Shown here: piece by piece, positions 27,322-38,246 of the stretch
Position numbering within the stretch: the first letter of the stretch is position 1
Layout: each line of letters starts with the position of its first letter
Assembly (NCBI GenBank): GCA_964548425.1
Contig: CAZJRL010000001.1
Location: 1 to 46,168 of the forward strand
Direction of reading: 5' to 3'
Length of the DNA: 46,168 nucleotides
Source of the DNA: an uncultured Zetaproteobacteria bacterium
Lineage (GTDB): Bacteria > Pseudomonadota > Zetaproteobacteria > Mariprofundales > Mariprofundaceae
Position numbers and translations under genes: made by a program
The notes under the pieces: generated by a model
Databases searched by the model: none
What the model was told of the DNA's origin: nothing
Seen by the model: the letters and a program-made list of their open reading frames with translations, nothing else

Positions 27322-28269
27322 GTGGTTACCCCGGCAAAAAATATGCACATTCCGGTATTACGTGATGCTTTTGTGGAGGCTCTTTGCATCAATCCGGACG
27401 GATATTTTGTGGATGCTACGTTCGGCCGTGGCGGTCATGCAAAGGCATTACTTGCCCGTCTGTCCGGCAAAGGGCGGCTTCTGGCGCTTGATCGGGATCC
27501 GCAAGCCGTTGCCGAAGGTGAGCGGCTTGCGGCGGCTGATGCGCGTTTTTGTATCTGGCACCGGCCATTCGCCGATCTGGAAGCTGTGCTGGATGAGTCG
27601 GGATGGGATGCTGTTCACGGTATCGGGTTTGATCTCGGTGTATCTTCGCCGCAACTGGATAATGCAAGCCGTGGTTTTTCTTTTAGCCAGGACGGGCCAC
27701 TGGATATGCGTATGGATACCGGTAGTGGCAGCACGCTGCTGCAACGTCTGGAGCGTACGGGTGAACGCGAACTGGTCCATATCTTGCGCGAATACGGCGA
27801 TGAGCGTTATGCCGGACGTATTGCCCGCGCCATGATACATGCGCGGGACAAAGGCATGCTGATGCGAACCCCGGACCTGGAGAATATATGTTTCCATGCC
27901 GTGCCCAAACATGCCCGGTACGGGCGAACACATCCGGCCACACGCACGTTTCAGGCATTGCGCATCTGGGTCAATGATGAAATGGGGCAATTGGAGACAG
28001 GAATCAGGGCGGCGATGGGGCGCCTGGCGCCTGGCGGGCGCCTGGCTGTTATTTCCTTTCATTCCGGTGAAGACAGACGGGTGCGGAATTTGATTGAAGC
28101 TCAGGTGCATCCCTGCACCTGCCCGCCGGAATTTCCCGTTTGTATTTGCGGAAAAGTTCCGGTCATGCGCTGGATACAAAAAAAACCGTTGCGTCCGGCC
28201 GAGGATGAATGCAACGGCAACCCACGCAGCCGCACGGCCAGACTGCGTGTGGCCGAGAAACTCCAGTGA
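27322..28269 (+). CDS. rsmH: 16S rRNA (cytosine1402-N4)-methyltransferase
   Basis: HIPVL, DATFGRGGH, GFDLGVSSPQLD and ISFHSGEDR are present. The start is GTG 27322 or ATG 27343. Confidence 0.92.
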   Translation: MVTPAKNMHIPVLRDAFVEALCINPDGYFVDATFGRGGHAKALLARLSGKGRLLALDRDPQAVAEGERLAAADARFCIWHRPFADLEAVLDESGWDAVHGIGFDLGVSSPQLDNASRGFSFSQDGPLDMRMDTGSGSTLLQRLERTGERELVHILREYGDERYAGRIARAMIHARDKGMLMRTPDLENICFHAVPKHARYGRTHPATRTFQALRIWVNDEMGQLETGIRAAMGRLAPGGRLAVISFHSGEDRRVRNLIEAQVHPCTCPPEFPVCICGKVPVMRWIQKKPLRPAEDECNGNPRSRTARLRVAEKLQ

Positions 28270-28271
28270 AT

Positions 28272-28538
28272 ATGAAACATGGCCCTGTTCGCATGTGGCA
28301 ATTGTTATTGCTGGTGTCCGGGTTGCTGGCCGCGATACAGGTCGGGATGGCGCATAATCGGCTGGAGCTGGCCAGACAACACGCCGTCACACAGCATGAA
28401 GTACGTTCGCTGCATGCTGAAATCAGCCGATTGACGCTTGAATTTGCGACATTGACCCGTCCCGGGCGATTAAGGCGTCTGGCGGTTTCAGAACTGGGCA
28501 TGCATTCACCCGCACCCATGCAGGTGATTCATCCATGA
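28272..28538 (+). CDS. ftsL: cell division protein FtsL
   Basis: This is an 88-aa bitopic protein with a TM segment (WQLLLLVSGLLAAIQVGMA) followed by a coiled coil. It sits between rsmH and ftsI, with an ATGA overlap with ftsI. Confidence 0.8.
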   Translation: MKHGPVRMWQLLLLVSGLLAAIQVGMAHNRLELARQHAVTQHEVRSLHAEISRLTLEFATLTRPGRLRRLAVSELGMHSPAPMQVIHP

Positions 28539-30418
28539 AGGCGGTAACAGATATCTATGTTCGCCGCCGTATTGAGGCAATTACGGGTATGCTGGTGCTG
28601 GGTTTCGTTCTGTTGGCTATTCGTGCGGTGGATTTGCAATGGTTGCAGGCGGATAAATTACAACATCTGGCGGAAAAGCAACGACAGCGTGAATTTTCCA
28701 TATCTGCCCCGCGCGGTCCCGTTCTGGATATTCAGGGGCGTGTACTGGCGGAGAGTATTCAGGTTCCATCCATATCAGCCATTGCGAATGAGGTGCCATA
28801 TGAGCGTATTGCTGATCTCGCCCATGCGCTTGGCATGCGAAAGACACGACTGGAGCAACGTTTACATGGACGTCGTGGCTTTGTCTGGCTGGCGCGTCAG
28901 ATTCGTCCACGTACGGCTGCCCGGGTGATGGCTCTGGATATCCCCGGTGTGCGTCAGGAAATGGAATGGCGCCGCTATAATCCACTCGGACCCGCCACGG
29001 GGCATCTGCTTGGTTTTGTTGGCGTGGATGGACACGGGCTTGAAGGTCTGGAGCATGGCATGGATGCGCATCTGGCCGGGTTGCCCGGACGCATGCAGGT
29101 GCGGCGTGATGCACGCGGGGTATCTTTGCCCGGTGGTGCCTGGTTAACGCCACCAAAAATGGGACGGCAGGTCTCGTTATATCTGGATGCCACCATACAG
29201 AGTCTGGCCTATGCGGCGCTGGCCGAAGGCATTCGTGTTCAGGATGCGAAGGGTGGATCGGTGGTAGTGATGCGTCCGGGTGATGGTGCAGTTCTGGCGA
29301 TGGCAAGCTGGCCCGGGTTCAATCCCAATAATTTCCATCAGTATCATCCCAGCCAGTGGCGTAACCGTGCTATCACCGATGTGTTTGAACCGGGCTCGGT
29401 GCTCAAGCCCTTCGCTGTGGCTGCGGCGCTGGAGACCGGACGGTGGCGGCGGACATCCCGTATTTTTTGTGAAAACGGCCATTTCAGGGTGGCGGATTAC
29501 GTGATTCACGATGACCATCCGGAAGGATGGCTGGATATGACGGGCATACTGGCGCGCTCCAGTAATATATGTGCCGCGAAACTGGCGCTGGATACAGGTC
29601 CTGAGAAATTGCGTCATATGCTGGAAAAGGTTGGCCTGGGCAGCAGGACCGGGATCGGGATAGGCGGGGAATCACCGGGGATACTCCCCCCTGCGGAGCG
29701 CTGGGGGCCGGTGGAAACAGCAACCATCGCCTTCGGCCAGGGAGTCGCGATTACGCCGTTGCAACTTGCAACGGCATTTTCCATTTTGGCCAATGGTGGT
29801 TTGCATGTTTCGCCGAGAATTATCCAGGGCCGTAAGTATGCGGAGCCCTACAGGGTGATGCCCGAAAATATTGCTCACATGGTCATGCAAATGCTCATCC
29901 ATGCAGCCAGTGCTGAAGGAACAGGAGCGTTGGCTGTGCCCGCCGGTTATCGTGTAGCTGGCAAGACTGGAACGGCACAAAAGGCTGACGGACATGGCGG
30001 TTACGCAAAAGAAAAATTTACCGCGGTCTTTGCGGGAGCTGTTCCCGCGGATAATCCCCAGATGGTGATTGCCGTGATCGTTGATGAGCCCCGAAAAAGT
30101 ATTTATGGCGGTAAAGTGGCAGCCCCGATTTTCCGGAATATTGCAGCCACGGCATTGCCCTACCTTGGTATTTCTCCTCACATGTCCGCATATCGCTGGC
30201 AGAGTATGGCCATCGCCGCCCGTGATACCTCCATGCCGGAAACGGGGGGTGCGCTTCCTTCGCTGTATGGCCGCTCATTACGCACAGTGCGCAAACTGGC
30301 ATCCCGTTCAGGGTACCAACTGCATGTTCATGGCAGTGGCTGGGTTGTACGGCAGAAACCTGTGGCTTTAAGCCGTATGGATACGGGTTCCGTGCTGGAG
30401 GTCTGGCTTGATGATTGA
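28535..30418 (+). CDS. ftsI: peptidoglycan D,D-transpeptidase FtsI (PBP3)
   Basis: An N-terminal TM segment is present. The SxxK motif is SVLKP, with SSN and KTGT also present. Confidence 0.92.
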   Translation: MKAVTDIYVRRRIEAITGMLVLGFVLLAIRAVDLQWLQADKLQHLAEKQRQREFSISAPRGPVLDIQGRVLAESIQVPSISAIANEVPYERIADLAHALGMRKTRLEQRLHGRRGFVWLARQIRPRTAARVMALDIPGVRQEMEWRRYNPLGPATGHLLGFVGVDGHGLEGLEHGMDAHLAGLPGRMQVRRDARGVSLPGGAWLTPPKMGRQVSLYLDATIQSLAYAALAEGIRVQDAKGGSVVVMRPGDGAVLAMASWPGFNPNNFHQYHPSQWRNRAITDVFEPGSVLKPFAVAAALETGRWRRTSRIFCENGHFRVADYVIHDDHPEGWLDMTGILARSSNICAAKLALDTGPEKLRHMLEKVGLGSRTGIGIGGESPGILPPAERWGPVETATIAFGQGVAITPLQLATAFSILANGGLHVSPRIIQGRKYAEPYRVMPENIAHMVMQMLIHAASAEGTGALAVPAGYRVAGKTGTAQKADGHGGYAKEKFTAVFAGAVPADNPQMVIAVIVDEPRKSIYGGKVAAPIFRNIAATALPYLGISPHMSAYRWQSMAIAARDTSMPETGGALPSLYGRSLRTVRKLASRSGYQLHVHGSGWVVRQKPVALSRMDTGSVLEVWLDD

Positions 30419-30538
30419 TGACGTCGTAACAAAGGCCGTCCATGGCCTTTTTACTCCACGGAAAGCGAAAAGTGCGATTTTCACTTTCCTGACAAATCAA
30501 CACCTTGCGCCGCAAGCCATTGATTTGCGCGCCCATCC

Positions 30539-32098
30539 TTGGGCGCTCTGATGACTTCACAAGAAGTCATCATGATTGATGCACGGATGAAGCTGGTTGA
30601 AACAAGCAGGCGTTCCGTCCGCCCTCTGAGCGCTCTGGCAGAAAATATGACGTGGCTACACGGCGATGTGGATGTAGGAGAACTATGTGATGACTCACGC
30701 CGCATTCAGCCCGGAGATGCGTTTCTTTGTCTGCCCAGGAGTGGTGAGCAGGCGGACACATTTATACATCAGGCGAAGGATGCAGGCGCCTCGGCGGTGA
30801 TCTCCGTGGGAAGGCAGACGCTTGATGTGGCGTTACCGCATCTGGCGCTACCGGATATGGGCACGGCCGGCCGCCTGTTGCGCCGCTGGTTTGGTACGGA
30901 GCAAACACCGGTGCACATGATTGGCGTCACCGGCACCGATGGCAAGACAAGCGTGGCGTGGATGCTGCGCGAAGCCATATCCCGCAAATTCAGGAGTGCG
31001 TGGGCTGTGGGAACATTGGGCTGGGTCAGGGATGCCGGTGATTTTCCGGACATTGGCAATACCACGCCGTCCATGCTGACCCTGCACCGGCTTCTGGCGG
31101 CAGCACAGGATGCAAACGTACCGGCGGTCATTTGCGAAGTCTCATCACACGGGATTGCCCAGCAACGCACGGCAGGTATCCCTTTTCGTACAGCAGTCTG
31201 GACCAATCTTGGGCATGATCATTTACAGGCACATGGCGGTTTTAAGGCTTACGCAGGCATTAAACAAAGCTTTGTTCATCAGGTAGAGGCAAATGATGGG
31301 CTGGTGATTTGTAATGCGGATGACGAGGAGGTTCATCGCCGCGTACCGTTATCAGCGTTGAAATATGGCCATGGCCTGTACCGGGAAGGTTTGACACTGG
31401 GTTGGGAACAGGAACTTCCGGGCATGCTCCGGCTCAGATATTTCAAGGAAGGTGAGGCTGACGAAGTTTGCATTGAAGATATTCCGCTGGGGGAATTTCA
31501 TGCCGAAAATCTTGCCGCGGTTGCCCTGGTTTTGCTTGCCGGAAAGCATGCGCAACTCAGGGAACTGCCCGGACTCCTTTCCGGCATCAGTGCACCGCCA
31601 GGGCGGATGCAGCCGATGAATATCGGGCGCTGGCAGGTGTTTGTGGATTATGCACATACACCCGAAGCACTTGAATCCTGTCTCTGCGCTGCACGCAAAC
31701 TGACGCAGGCAAGACTGATGCTGGTGTTTGGCTGTGGCGGTGAGCGTGACCGGGAAAAACGACCGCAGATGGGGGAGATTGCAACGCGGCTTGCCGATGT
31801 CGTGTGGCTGACGAGTGATAATCCAAGAGGTGAGTTGCCGGCAGTTATCGCGTCTGAAATCGAGCAGGGCATTCCTCTTCCGTATCCTGCCAAAGTGAAT
31901 TTGCAACTGAATCGCGGGCAGGCCATTGCCGAAGCCATTCACGAACTGCAATGTGGCGATCTTCTGGTGATTGCGGGGAAAGGGCATGAGAATTACATGG
32001 AAATTGCAGATGAGCGGCATCCCTGGAGCGATACCGATATCGCCGTACAGGCCTTGCGGGCAAAGTCTGATATGACGGAATTCAGGGCATGCGCATGA
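30539..32098 (+). CDS. murE: UDP-N-acetylmuramoyl-L-alanyl-D-glutamate--2,6-diaminopimelate ligase
   Basis: The P-loop GVTGTDGKTS and the DNPR motif of DAP-adding MurE are present. The start is ambiguous (TTG 30539, or ATG at 30551, 30572 or 30587). Confidence 0.9.
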   Translation: MGALMTSQEVIMIDARMKLVETSRRSVRPLSALAENMTWLHGDVDVGELCDDSRRIQPGDAFLCLPRSGEQADTFIHQAKDAGASAVISVGRQTLDVALPHLALPDMGTAGRLLRRWFGTEQTPVHMIGVTGTDGKTSVAWMLREAISRKFRSAWAVGTLGWVRDAGDFPDIGNTTPSMLTLHRLLAAAQDANVPAVICEVSSHGIAQQRTAGIPFRTAVWTNLGHDHLQAHGGFKAYAGIKQSFVHQVEANDGLVICNADDEEVHRRVPLSALKYGHGLYREGLTLGWEQELPGMLRLRYFKEGEADEVCIEDIPLGEFHAENLAAVALVLLAGKHAQLRELPGLLSGISAPPGRMQPMNIGRWQVFVDYAHTPEALESCLCAARKLTQARLMLVFGCGGERDREKRPQMGEIATRLADVVWLTSDNPRGELPAVIASEIEQGIPLPYPAKVNLQLNRGQAIAEAIHELQCGDLLVIAGKGHENYMEIADERHPWSDTDIAVQALRAKSDMTEFRACA

Positions 32099-33477
32099 CA
32101 TGCCGGGAATTGCAGGCGAGTACGCGGGGGACGTGGCATGGCACACCACCCTCCGGGATATCGGGACTGAGTACTGATACGCGGACCTTGAAGAAGGGTG
32201 AAGCATTTCTGGCACTTCACGGGCCGACATTTGACGGTCACCGGTTTGCCGGCGAGGCCATGCAGCGCGGTGCGTCTGTTTTTATCGGCGATTCAGCGGG
32301 CGATGCACCGCTGCAATCAGCAATAATGCCCCGGCTTGAGGTCAGTAACACGCTGGACGCACTGGGCCATATTGCCGGTGCATGGAGAAGGCAGTTGTCC
32401 TCTCAGGTGGTGGCTATTACGGGTTCTTATGGCAAAACCACAATACGCTCGATGCTGGAGCATGGTTTAAGGCATCTGGGACTGAATGTAGCGGCAACGA
32501 AAGCGAACAATAATAATCTTGTCGGTGTGCCGCAAACTGTTCTGGCGATAGAAAAAGACACCGATGTGGCGCTGGTGGAATGCGGTATCAGTGAGGCAGG
32601 TGAAATGCAACGTCTGGCCAGGATGGTTCGGCCGGATATCGTGATGATTACCGGGCTTGCTCCGGCCCATGCTGAAGGTTTGGGTGATTTGCACGGTGTG
32701 GCGCATGAAAAGGGTTTATTGTTGCAATATCTCATGCCGGACGGGTGTGCGGTGCTGGGGGCTGGCGTGTCCGCCCTGATGCGTGCCGCGCTGCCTGCGC
32801 ATGCTGCGTGCATGGAAATGGATGATGTTGCAAATGCTTCCGTCGTGCGTTGGCGGATGCGGAATCGTACCTGTGAATTGCAGCTTGGCGGGGAAACAGC
32901 GACAGTTGAGCTTGCCATGCCCGCCCGGCATTGGGCAGCGGATATGGCAATGGCTGCCACGGTGATGCGCTATCTGACACGGAAGCATATCCATGATATT
33001 GCAGCTTCCCTTTCCACATGGAAGACGGTACCCGGGCGTATGCAATCCATGCCGTGTGTTGATGGATCGACAGTCATCCATGATGCTTATAACGCCAATC
33101 CGGCTTCCATGAATGCAGCCCTTGATACCCTCCGGGCAATGCCCGGCCGCCGCTTCGCCGTGCTTGGCGATATGGCGGAACTGGGCGAGGCCTCACACGC
33201 CCTGCATGCGGCACTGGATGTGTCGGGAATCAACAGGATCGTTCTGGTAGGCAAGCAGATGCAGGCGCTTGCCGCAGGATGCGGCAGCGCGCAATGGGTT
33301 CCTGATGCGGACGCGGCGATACCGGCAGTGAAAGCGTTGAATTTGTGTGCGGGTGATGTTGTGCTGGTCAAGGGAAGCCGTTGCATGGGGCTGGAGAAAG
33401 TGGTGGATGTGCTGACACAGAACAGCGCAGTGGTACGAACAGGTGGCAAGCAGAGGGAGAAATCCAATGCTGTATAA
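32089..33477 (+). CDS. murF: UDP-N-acetylmuramoyl-tripeptide--D-alanyl-D-alanine ligase
   Basis: ITGSYGKTT is present. This is a Mur ligase domain layout, and it overlaps the murE stop. Confidence 0.9.
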   Translation: MRMTCRELQASTRGTWHGTPPSGISGLSTDTRTLKKGEAFLALHGPTFDGHRFAGEAMQRGASVFIGDSAGDAPLQSAIMPRLEVSNTLDALGHIAGAWRRQLSSQVVAITGSYGKTTIRSMLEHGLRHLGLNVAATKANNNNLVGVPQTVLAIEKDTDVALVECGISEAGEMQRLARMVRPDIVMITGLAPAHAEGLGDLHGVAHEKGLLLQYLMPDGCAVLGAGVSALMRAALPAHAACMEMDDVANASVVRWRMRNRTCELQLGGETATVELAMPARHWAADMAMAATVMRYLTRKHIHDIAASLSTWKTVPGRMQSMPCVDGSTVIHDAYNANPASMNAALDTLRAMPGRRFAVLGDMAELGEASHALHAALDVSGINRIVLVGKQMQALAAGCGSAQWVPDADAAIPAVKALNLCAGDVVLVKGSRCMGLEKVVDVLTQNSAVVRTGGKQREKSNAV

Positions 33478-34537
33478 CCTGCTTTACCCATTGGCTGACC
33501 AGTATGCTTTCTTCAACCTGTTTCAGTACATCACCTTCCGCACCGTTTATGCGCTGATCACCGCATTATTGTTGAGCTGGATTCTGGGCCCCGCCTTTAT
33601 TCGCAGGCTTAAATTGCATCAGGCAACAGGGCAACCGATTCGTAGTGATGGTCCCGCCACGCATCTGAGTAAGGCGGGTACGCCAACCATGGGGGGTATG
33701 CTGATCCTGTTTGTCCTGGCTGTATCTACGCTGCTGTGGGCTGATTTAACCAGTGCTTTCATATGGCTGGCCCTGTTTCTCACCGTGAGTTATGGCGGTA
33801 TTGGCTGGTATGACGATTATCTGAAGGTGGTTCGGAGTGATCCCAAAGGTTTGCCGGGGCGATGGAAGCTGGTGTTACAGGTGGTATTCGGAACCATCGC
33901 AGCGGTGGGGTTGCTGCAACTGACACAGCCTGTTGTGGACATCCCCTTCTTCAAGGAACAATGGAATATGGGTTTGTGGTATGTCCCCTTCGTGGTGCTG
34001 GTACTGGTGGGTGCATCCAATGCCGTCAACCTGACGGACGGACTGGATGGACTGGCGGTGGCACCGACATTCATGGTGGCAACAGCACTGGCTGTCGTGG
34101 TGTACCTGTCCGGGCACGCCAGATTTTCTGAGTATTTACTTATACCGCATGTGGTTGGCGCAGGTGAATTAACCGTATTTTGCGGGGCTATGGTGGGCGC
34201 CTGTCTGGGATTTCTCTGGTTTAATACATATCCGGCGCAGGTGTTTATGGGCGATGTCGGCGCACTGGCACTGGGCGGTGCACTCGGCTTTGTGGCCAGT
34301 GCCGTACATCAGCAATTGCTGCTGGCGATTGCCGGTGGTCTGTTTGTGCTGGAGGCGGTGAGCGTCATGGTACAGGTTGTTTCATTCAAACTAACGGGAA
34401 AGCGTGTATTCCGTATGGCGCCGATTCATCACCACTTTGAACTCAAGGGGTGGGCGGAGCCCAAGGTGATTGTCCGGTTCTGGATTATTTCCCTGATTCT
34501 GGCGCTGATTGCGCTTTCCACGCTGAAGATGCGATGA
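33467..34537 (+). CDS. mraY: phospho-N-acetylmuramoyl-pentapeptide transferase
   Basis: [26 protein letters not shown] and PIHHHFE are present. I prefer ATG 33467 to the ORF-track start at 33443. Confidence 0.93.
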   Translation: MLYNLLYPLADQYAFFNLFQYITFRTVYALITALLLSWILGPAFIRRLKLHQATGQPIRSDGPATHLSKAGTPTMGGMLILFVLAVSTLLWADLTSAFIWLALFLTVSYGGIGWYDDYLKVVRSDPKGLPGRWKLVLQVVFGTIAAVGLLQLTQPVVDIPFFKEQWNMGLWYVPFVVLVLVGASNAVNLTDGLDGLAVAPTFMVATALAVVVYLSGHARFSEYLLIPHVVGAGELTVFCGAMVGACLGFLWFNTYPAQVFMGDVGALALGGALGFVASAVHQQLLLAIAGGLFVLEAVSVMVQVVSFKLTGKRVFRMAPIHHHFELKGWAEPKVIVRFWIISLILALIALSTLKMR

Positions 34538-35889
34538 GTAACAGAGATCACCCGAACACTGCTGTCATCGGCATGGGCCGGACAGGATGCTCCGTGGTGC
34601 GTTTCCTGGAGCAACTGGGCATCGTTTGCGACGCTTTTGATGAAAAGCTCAGGACATTGCCGGATGATATTCATGCCACGTTGCATACGGGTGTAATCCG
34701 TCCCGCGCATTTGCAGGGATATTCACGGGTGATCGTCAGTCCGGGTGTGGACTGGCGGCATCCGGCACTGGTACATGTGCGGGATCGGGGCGTGCAAATG
34801 ACGGGCGATATCGGGCTGTTCAATGAATATTTTTCCGGTGCACTGATCGCTGTAACAGGGACCAACGGAAAAAGTACCGTCGTGCATCTGTTGGGGTTGA
34901 TGCTGGAAGTGCTGCATGGCGGCGCTGTGGTTGGCGGTAATATTGGTGTGCCCATGCTGGATATGCTGCATGGTGGAGAAAGCCCGGCACGGGCGGTGCT
35001 TGAGTTGTCCAGTTTCCAGCTGGAGCGTTGCCGGAGTATTCATCCGAAGTGGGCGGTATTGCTGAATGTTCAGCCGGACCATGCGGATATGCATGATGAT
35101 TTCCACAGTTATGAAGCCGCTAAATTAAAACTGTTCGCGCAACAGGGTGAAGGCGATACCGCCATGTTGCCACTGGATGAGCACTGGAATGATCTGGCCG
35201 CAAGTCTGGCCGGGCGTGGCGTACAGGTGCGGCGTTTTGGTGTGATGGAACAGGAGCCACGGGCGGATGCCGGATTGTTGCTCACCGGGGACGGGGGGAA
35301 GCTGTTCTGGAAGCAGGAGGATGCATACCGGGAAATTCCTCTTGAATGTTTGCGTGTACGTGGCGTGCATCAGCAAATAAATCTGGCTGTTGCTGCTCAG
35401 GTAGCGGCGGATTTTGGTGTTTCAGCCAGCGTTATTACTGAATCCCTGACCGTATTTCGTGGCCTTAACCACCGTTTGCAGTATATCGGCCATCGTCTGG
35501 GCAAGGCGTGGTATGATGATTCCAAAGCAACCAATCCGGATGCTGCCGGGGCGGCACTCGCATCTTTTGAGCACGTCATATGGATTTGCGGCGGCCTGAC
35601 CAAAGGGCTGGATCTGACGCCACTGGCTGAAACGGTGAAAGAACATGCGGTTTCCGCCTACATTATTGGCAAGCAGACGAAGCCATACAGGGAGATGCTC
35701 AAAAAGGCAGGCGTACCCTATAAGGTGGCGCGTGACATACGGAAAGCCGTGGCACTGGCCGCAGGAAATACATTGTCACTGCCTGTATTGCTGGCACCGG
35801 CTGCGGCCAGTCAGGATCAGTTCAGGGATTATGCAGAGCGTGGGGAGAAATTTGCCGAGGCTGTTGCCGGGTTGGAGAAGGCGGCATGA
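34534..35889 (+). CDS. murD: UDP-N-acetylmuramoylalanine--D-glutamate ligase
   Basis: VIGMGRTG and VTGTNGKST are present. ATG 34534 overlaps the mraY stop (ATGA). The ORF-track start at 34450 lies inside mraY. Confidence 0.92.
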   Translation: MSNRDHPNTAVIGMGRTGCSVVRFLEQLGIVCDAFDEKLRTLPDDIHATLHTGVIRPAHLQGYSRVIVSPGVDWRHPALVHVRDRGVQMTGDIGLFNEYFSGALIAVTGTNGKSTVVHLLGLMLEVLHGGAVVGGNIGVPMLDMLHGGESPARAVLELSSFQLERCRSIHPKWAVLLNVQPDHADMHDDFHSYEAAKLKLFAQQGEGDTAMLPLDEHWNDLAASLAGRGVQVRRFGVMEQEPRADAGLLLTGDGGKLFWKQEDAYREIPLECLRVRGVHQQINLAVAAQVAADFGVSASVITESLTVFRGLNHRLQYIGHRLGKAWYDDSKATNPDAAGAALASFEHVIWICGGLTKGLDLTPLAETVKEHAVSAYIIGKQTKPYREMLKKAGVPYKVARDIRKAVALAAGNTLSLPVLLAPAAASQDQFRDYAERGEKFAEAVAGLEKAA

Positions 35890-37037
35890 GCATCACACCT
35901 GAATCATCGCGTATGAAGCCATTGGCACCTGCTGACCCCGTGATGGCTGCAGGCGTGCTGCTGCTGGCTGCGGCAAGCATGGTGATGGTCGCCAGCGCCA
36001 GTATGAGCATCTCCGAAGTACGTTATGGTGATGCTTACCGGATTATCAGTCACTGGCTGATCTACATGCCACTGGGCCTTGTACTCATGTGGTGGATGTC
36101 ACGCATTGAGGTGGACTGGTGGAGGGCGGCTATTTTGCCCCTGTTGGGGTTTGCTCTGTTATTGATGGTGATGGTTCTGGTGCCGGGTATCGGCACGGAC
36201 ATCAATGGTGCAAGGCGCTGGTTTTCCCTGTTTGGCCTGACGTTGCAGCCGGTGGAATTACTCAAGCCCGTCCTGATCATTTATATGGCTTATTACATGG
36301 CGTGTTTTCCTGAACGGCTGAAACATTTTTCGACCGGACTGGCACCGATGCTGGTGATTCTGCTTGTCTCCGTACTGTTATTGCTGTTGCAGCCGGATTT
36401 CGGAAATGCAGCATTACTGGTGGCGCTTTGCCTGTGCATGTGGTTTGCGGGAGGTGTGCCGATGCGGCATATCATGGTTTTATTTGCCGTGATTGTTCCT
36501 GTCGGTGTGGTGATTCTGCTGGCCGAACCCTACCGTATCCGGCGTTTGCTGAGTTTCATGGATCCGTGGGCTGATCCGCTGGGAAGTGGCTACCAGTTGG
36601 TACAATCCATGATTGCCTTTGGTGCGGGTGGATTGCATGGCGCAGGTCTTGGCCAGAGTGTGCAGAAACTCTTCTATCTGCCTGAGCCGTTCACCGATTT
36701 TATTAGCTCGGTTCTGGCTGAAGAATTCGGTCTTGCCGGAACACTTTCCCTGATTGCCATATTTGGCATTGTTCTGTGGCGCGGCATGCGGCTGGCTCAC
36801 CATGTCAAAGATGCGTATCAGCGGATGCTGGTGCTGGGATCGGTGACGATTCTGGCCGTTACGTTCCTGATTAATATGGGTGCGGCCATGGGTATTATGC
36901 CGACCAAGGGCATGCCGATGCCATTGATGTCCTATGGTGGCAGCGCGTTGTTTGGCTCCTGCATATTGCTGGGGCTGATTTTCTCCGTGCAGCGCCATCT
37001 CCCGGAAAATATGCGAAAGAAAGGGGTCAGGTCTTGA
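35886..37037 (+). CDS. ftsW: SEDS-family peptidoglycan polymerase / cell division protein FtsW
   Basis: The protein is polytopic and contains PTKGMPMPLMSYGGSA. There is an ATGA overlap with murD. The last 6 codons and the stop lie in a REP arm. Confidence 0.92.
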   Translation: MSITPESSRMKPLAPADPVMAAGVLLLAAASMVMVASASMSISEVRYGDAYRIISHWLIYMPLGLVLMWWMSRIEVDWWRAAILPLLGFALLLMVMVLVPGIGTDINGARRWFSLFGLTLQPVELLKPVLIIYMAYYMACFPERLKHFSTGLAPMLVILLVSVLLLLLQPDFGNAALLVALCLCMWFAGGVPMRHIMVLFAVIVPVGVVILLAEPYRIRRLLSFMDPWADPLGSGYQLVQSMIAFGAGGLHGAGLGQSVQKLFYLPEPFTDFISSVLAEEFGLAGTLSLIAIFGIVLWRGMRLAHHVKDAYQRMLVLGSVTILAVTFLINMGAAMGIMPTKGMPMPLMSYGGSALFGSCILLGLIFSVQRHLPENMRKKGVRS

Positions 37038-37103
37038 TTCGCGCACGGATCAGCAGGAAATGGAACAGGTGATGCGCGAATCAAGACCTGACCCCTTTCT
37101 TTC
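37015..37103. mobile_element. REPIN-like perfect palindrome (31-bp arms, 27-nt loop) sharing the RAYT-flank core GGGGTCAGGTCT
   Basis: gaaagaaaggggtcaggtcttgattcgcgca (37015..37045) is the exact reverse complement of 37073..37103. Confidence 0.85.
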
Positions 37104-37121
37104 TTTATTCGGAACGAAAAA

Positions 37122-38246
37122 GTGAAACTGTCCCCTTTTTCCACATCAGGACCTGACCCCTTTCTTTCTTTATGTATTGCCGGGGGCGGTACGGGCGGGC
37201 ATGTGTTTCCGGCACTGGCACTGGCCGATATCGTCCGGAGGCACTGGCCGCATGTACAGGTGTCATTTATTGGCGCCGAGCGTGGACTGGAAGCGCGCCT
37301 GCTCCCCGAACGTGGAGAGGCGGCGCTTTTTCTGACCATGCACAGCGTGCAGGGTGCGGGGTTCATGCAGCAACTGCGTGTGCTTGTATGGGAACTGCCA
37401 CGGGCTGTTTTACATATCTGGAAATACTGGCGGGCCGTGCGTCCGCAGTTGGTGGTGGGTGTGGGCGGTTATGCCAGCGTGGCTGGCGTGGTGGCGGCAA
37501 TTCTGCGCCGTATTCCCGTCGTGCTGTATGAACAGAATGCCGTGCCTGGGCTGGTGAATCGTAAGCTGGCCCGCTTCTGCCAGGGTATTCTTCTGGGTTT
37601 TGCGGAGGCCGCGGATACATTGCCACGGGGCAAATGCAGGCATACAGGGAATCTCGTTCCACAGGCGATACAGGAAACACACTGGCAACCCCATACGCCG
37701 CCGGGGCTGATTGTGCTGGGCGGTTCACAAGGTGCGCAATTCCTGAATGAAACAGTACCTGCAGCCTGCCGCATACTGAAGCGCGCAGGACACCGTTTTA
37801 CAGTGATACATGTGGCGGGAGATGGCTCCGGCAGGAAGAAAATGCTTGCCAGTGCCTACCATGACGCCGGGATTGATGCCGAGTTACTTGGCTTTTGCCG
37901 TGATATGGCTGGCCTGTACGCCAAAGGTGATCTGATGATTGCCCGCGCAGGCGCCATGAGTGTCACCGAGGCTGCTGCGGTGGGAATGCCGGCCATCTTC
38001 GTGCCCCTGCCACACGCCGCAAATGCGCACCAGTATTACAATGCCCGTACCCTGGCGTCGCGTAGCGCAGCCGTCATTATTGATCAGGAAACAGCCACCG
38101 CAGAAGTGCTGGCAAGTGAGATCGGGAAACTCCTGTTTAATGTCAGACAATTAACGTCCATGAGTGAAGCCGCTGCGCAATCCGTTCCCGAACAGGGCGA
38201 AGAAAAAATGCTGGATATGCTGGGAATATGGTTAGGGAAATGCTGA
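37122..38246 (+). CDS. murG: undecaprenyldiphospho-muramoylpentapeptide beta-N-acetylglucosaminyltransferase
   Basis: The G-loop is IAGGGTGGHVFPALALA, with the typical C-terminal half. GTG 37122 is the only canonical in-frame start after the stop at 37089. Codons 10-17 (GPDPFLSL) therefore come from the REP copy. Confidence 0.88.
   Translation: MKLSPFSTSGPDPFLSLCIAGGGTGGHVFPALALADIVRRHWPHVQVSFIGAERGLEARLLPERGEAALFLTMHSVQGAGFMQQLRVLVWELPRAVLHIWKYWRAVRPQLVVGVGGYASVAGVVAAILRRIPVVLYEQNAVPGLVNRKLARFCQGILLGFAEAADTLPRGKCRHTGNLVPQAIQETHWQPHTPPGLIVLGGSQGAQFLNETVPAACRILKRAGHRFTVIHVAGDGSGRKKMLASAYHDAGIDAELLGFCRDMAGLYAKGDLMIARAGAMSVTEAAAVGMPAIFVPLPHAANAHQYYNARTLASRSAAVIIDQETATAEVLASEIGKLLFNVRQLTSMSEAAAQSVPEQGEEKMLDMLGIWLGKC
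37150..37173 (+). repeat. third REP copy (direct repeat of the right arm)
   Basis: gacctgacccctttctttctttat at 37150..37173 is identical to 37085..37108. Confidence 0.85.

Noticed and set aside
37172-37531. An alternative-frame ATG ORF (MYCRGRYG...) that begins within the third REP copy (ATG at its last two nt) and overlaps murG.
   Set aside because: It is out of frame with the unmistakable MurG G-loop (AGGGTGGHVFPALA), and its translation is Arg/Gly-rich nonsense.
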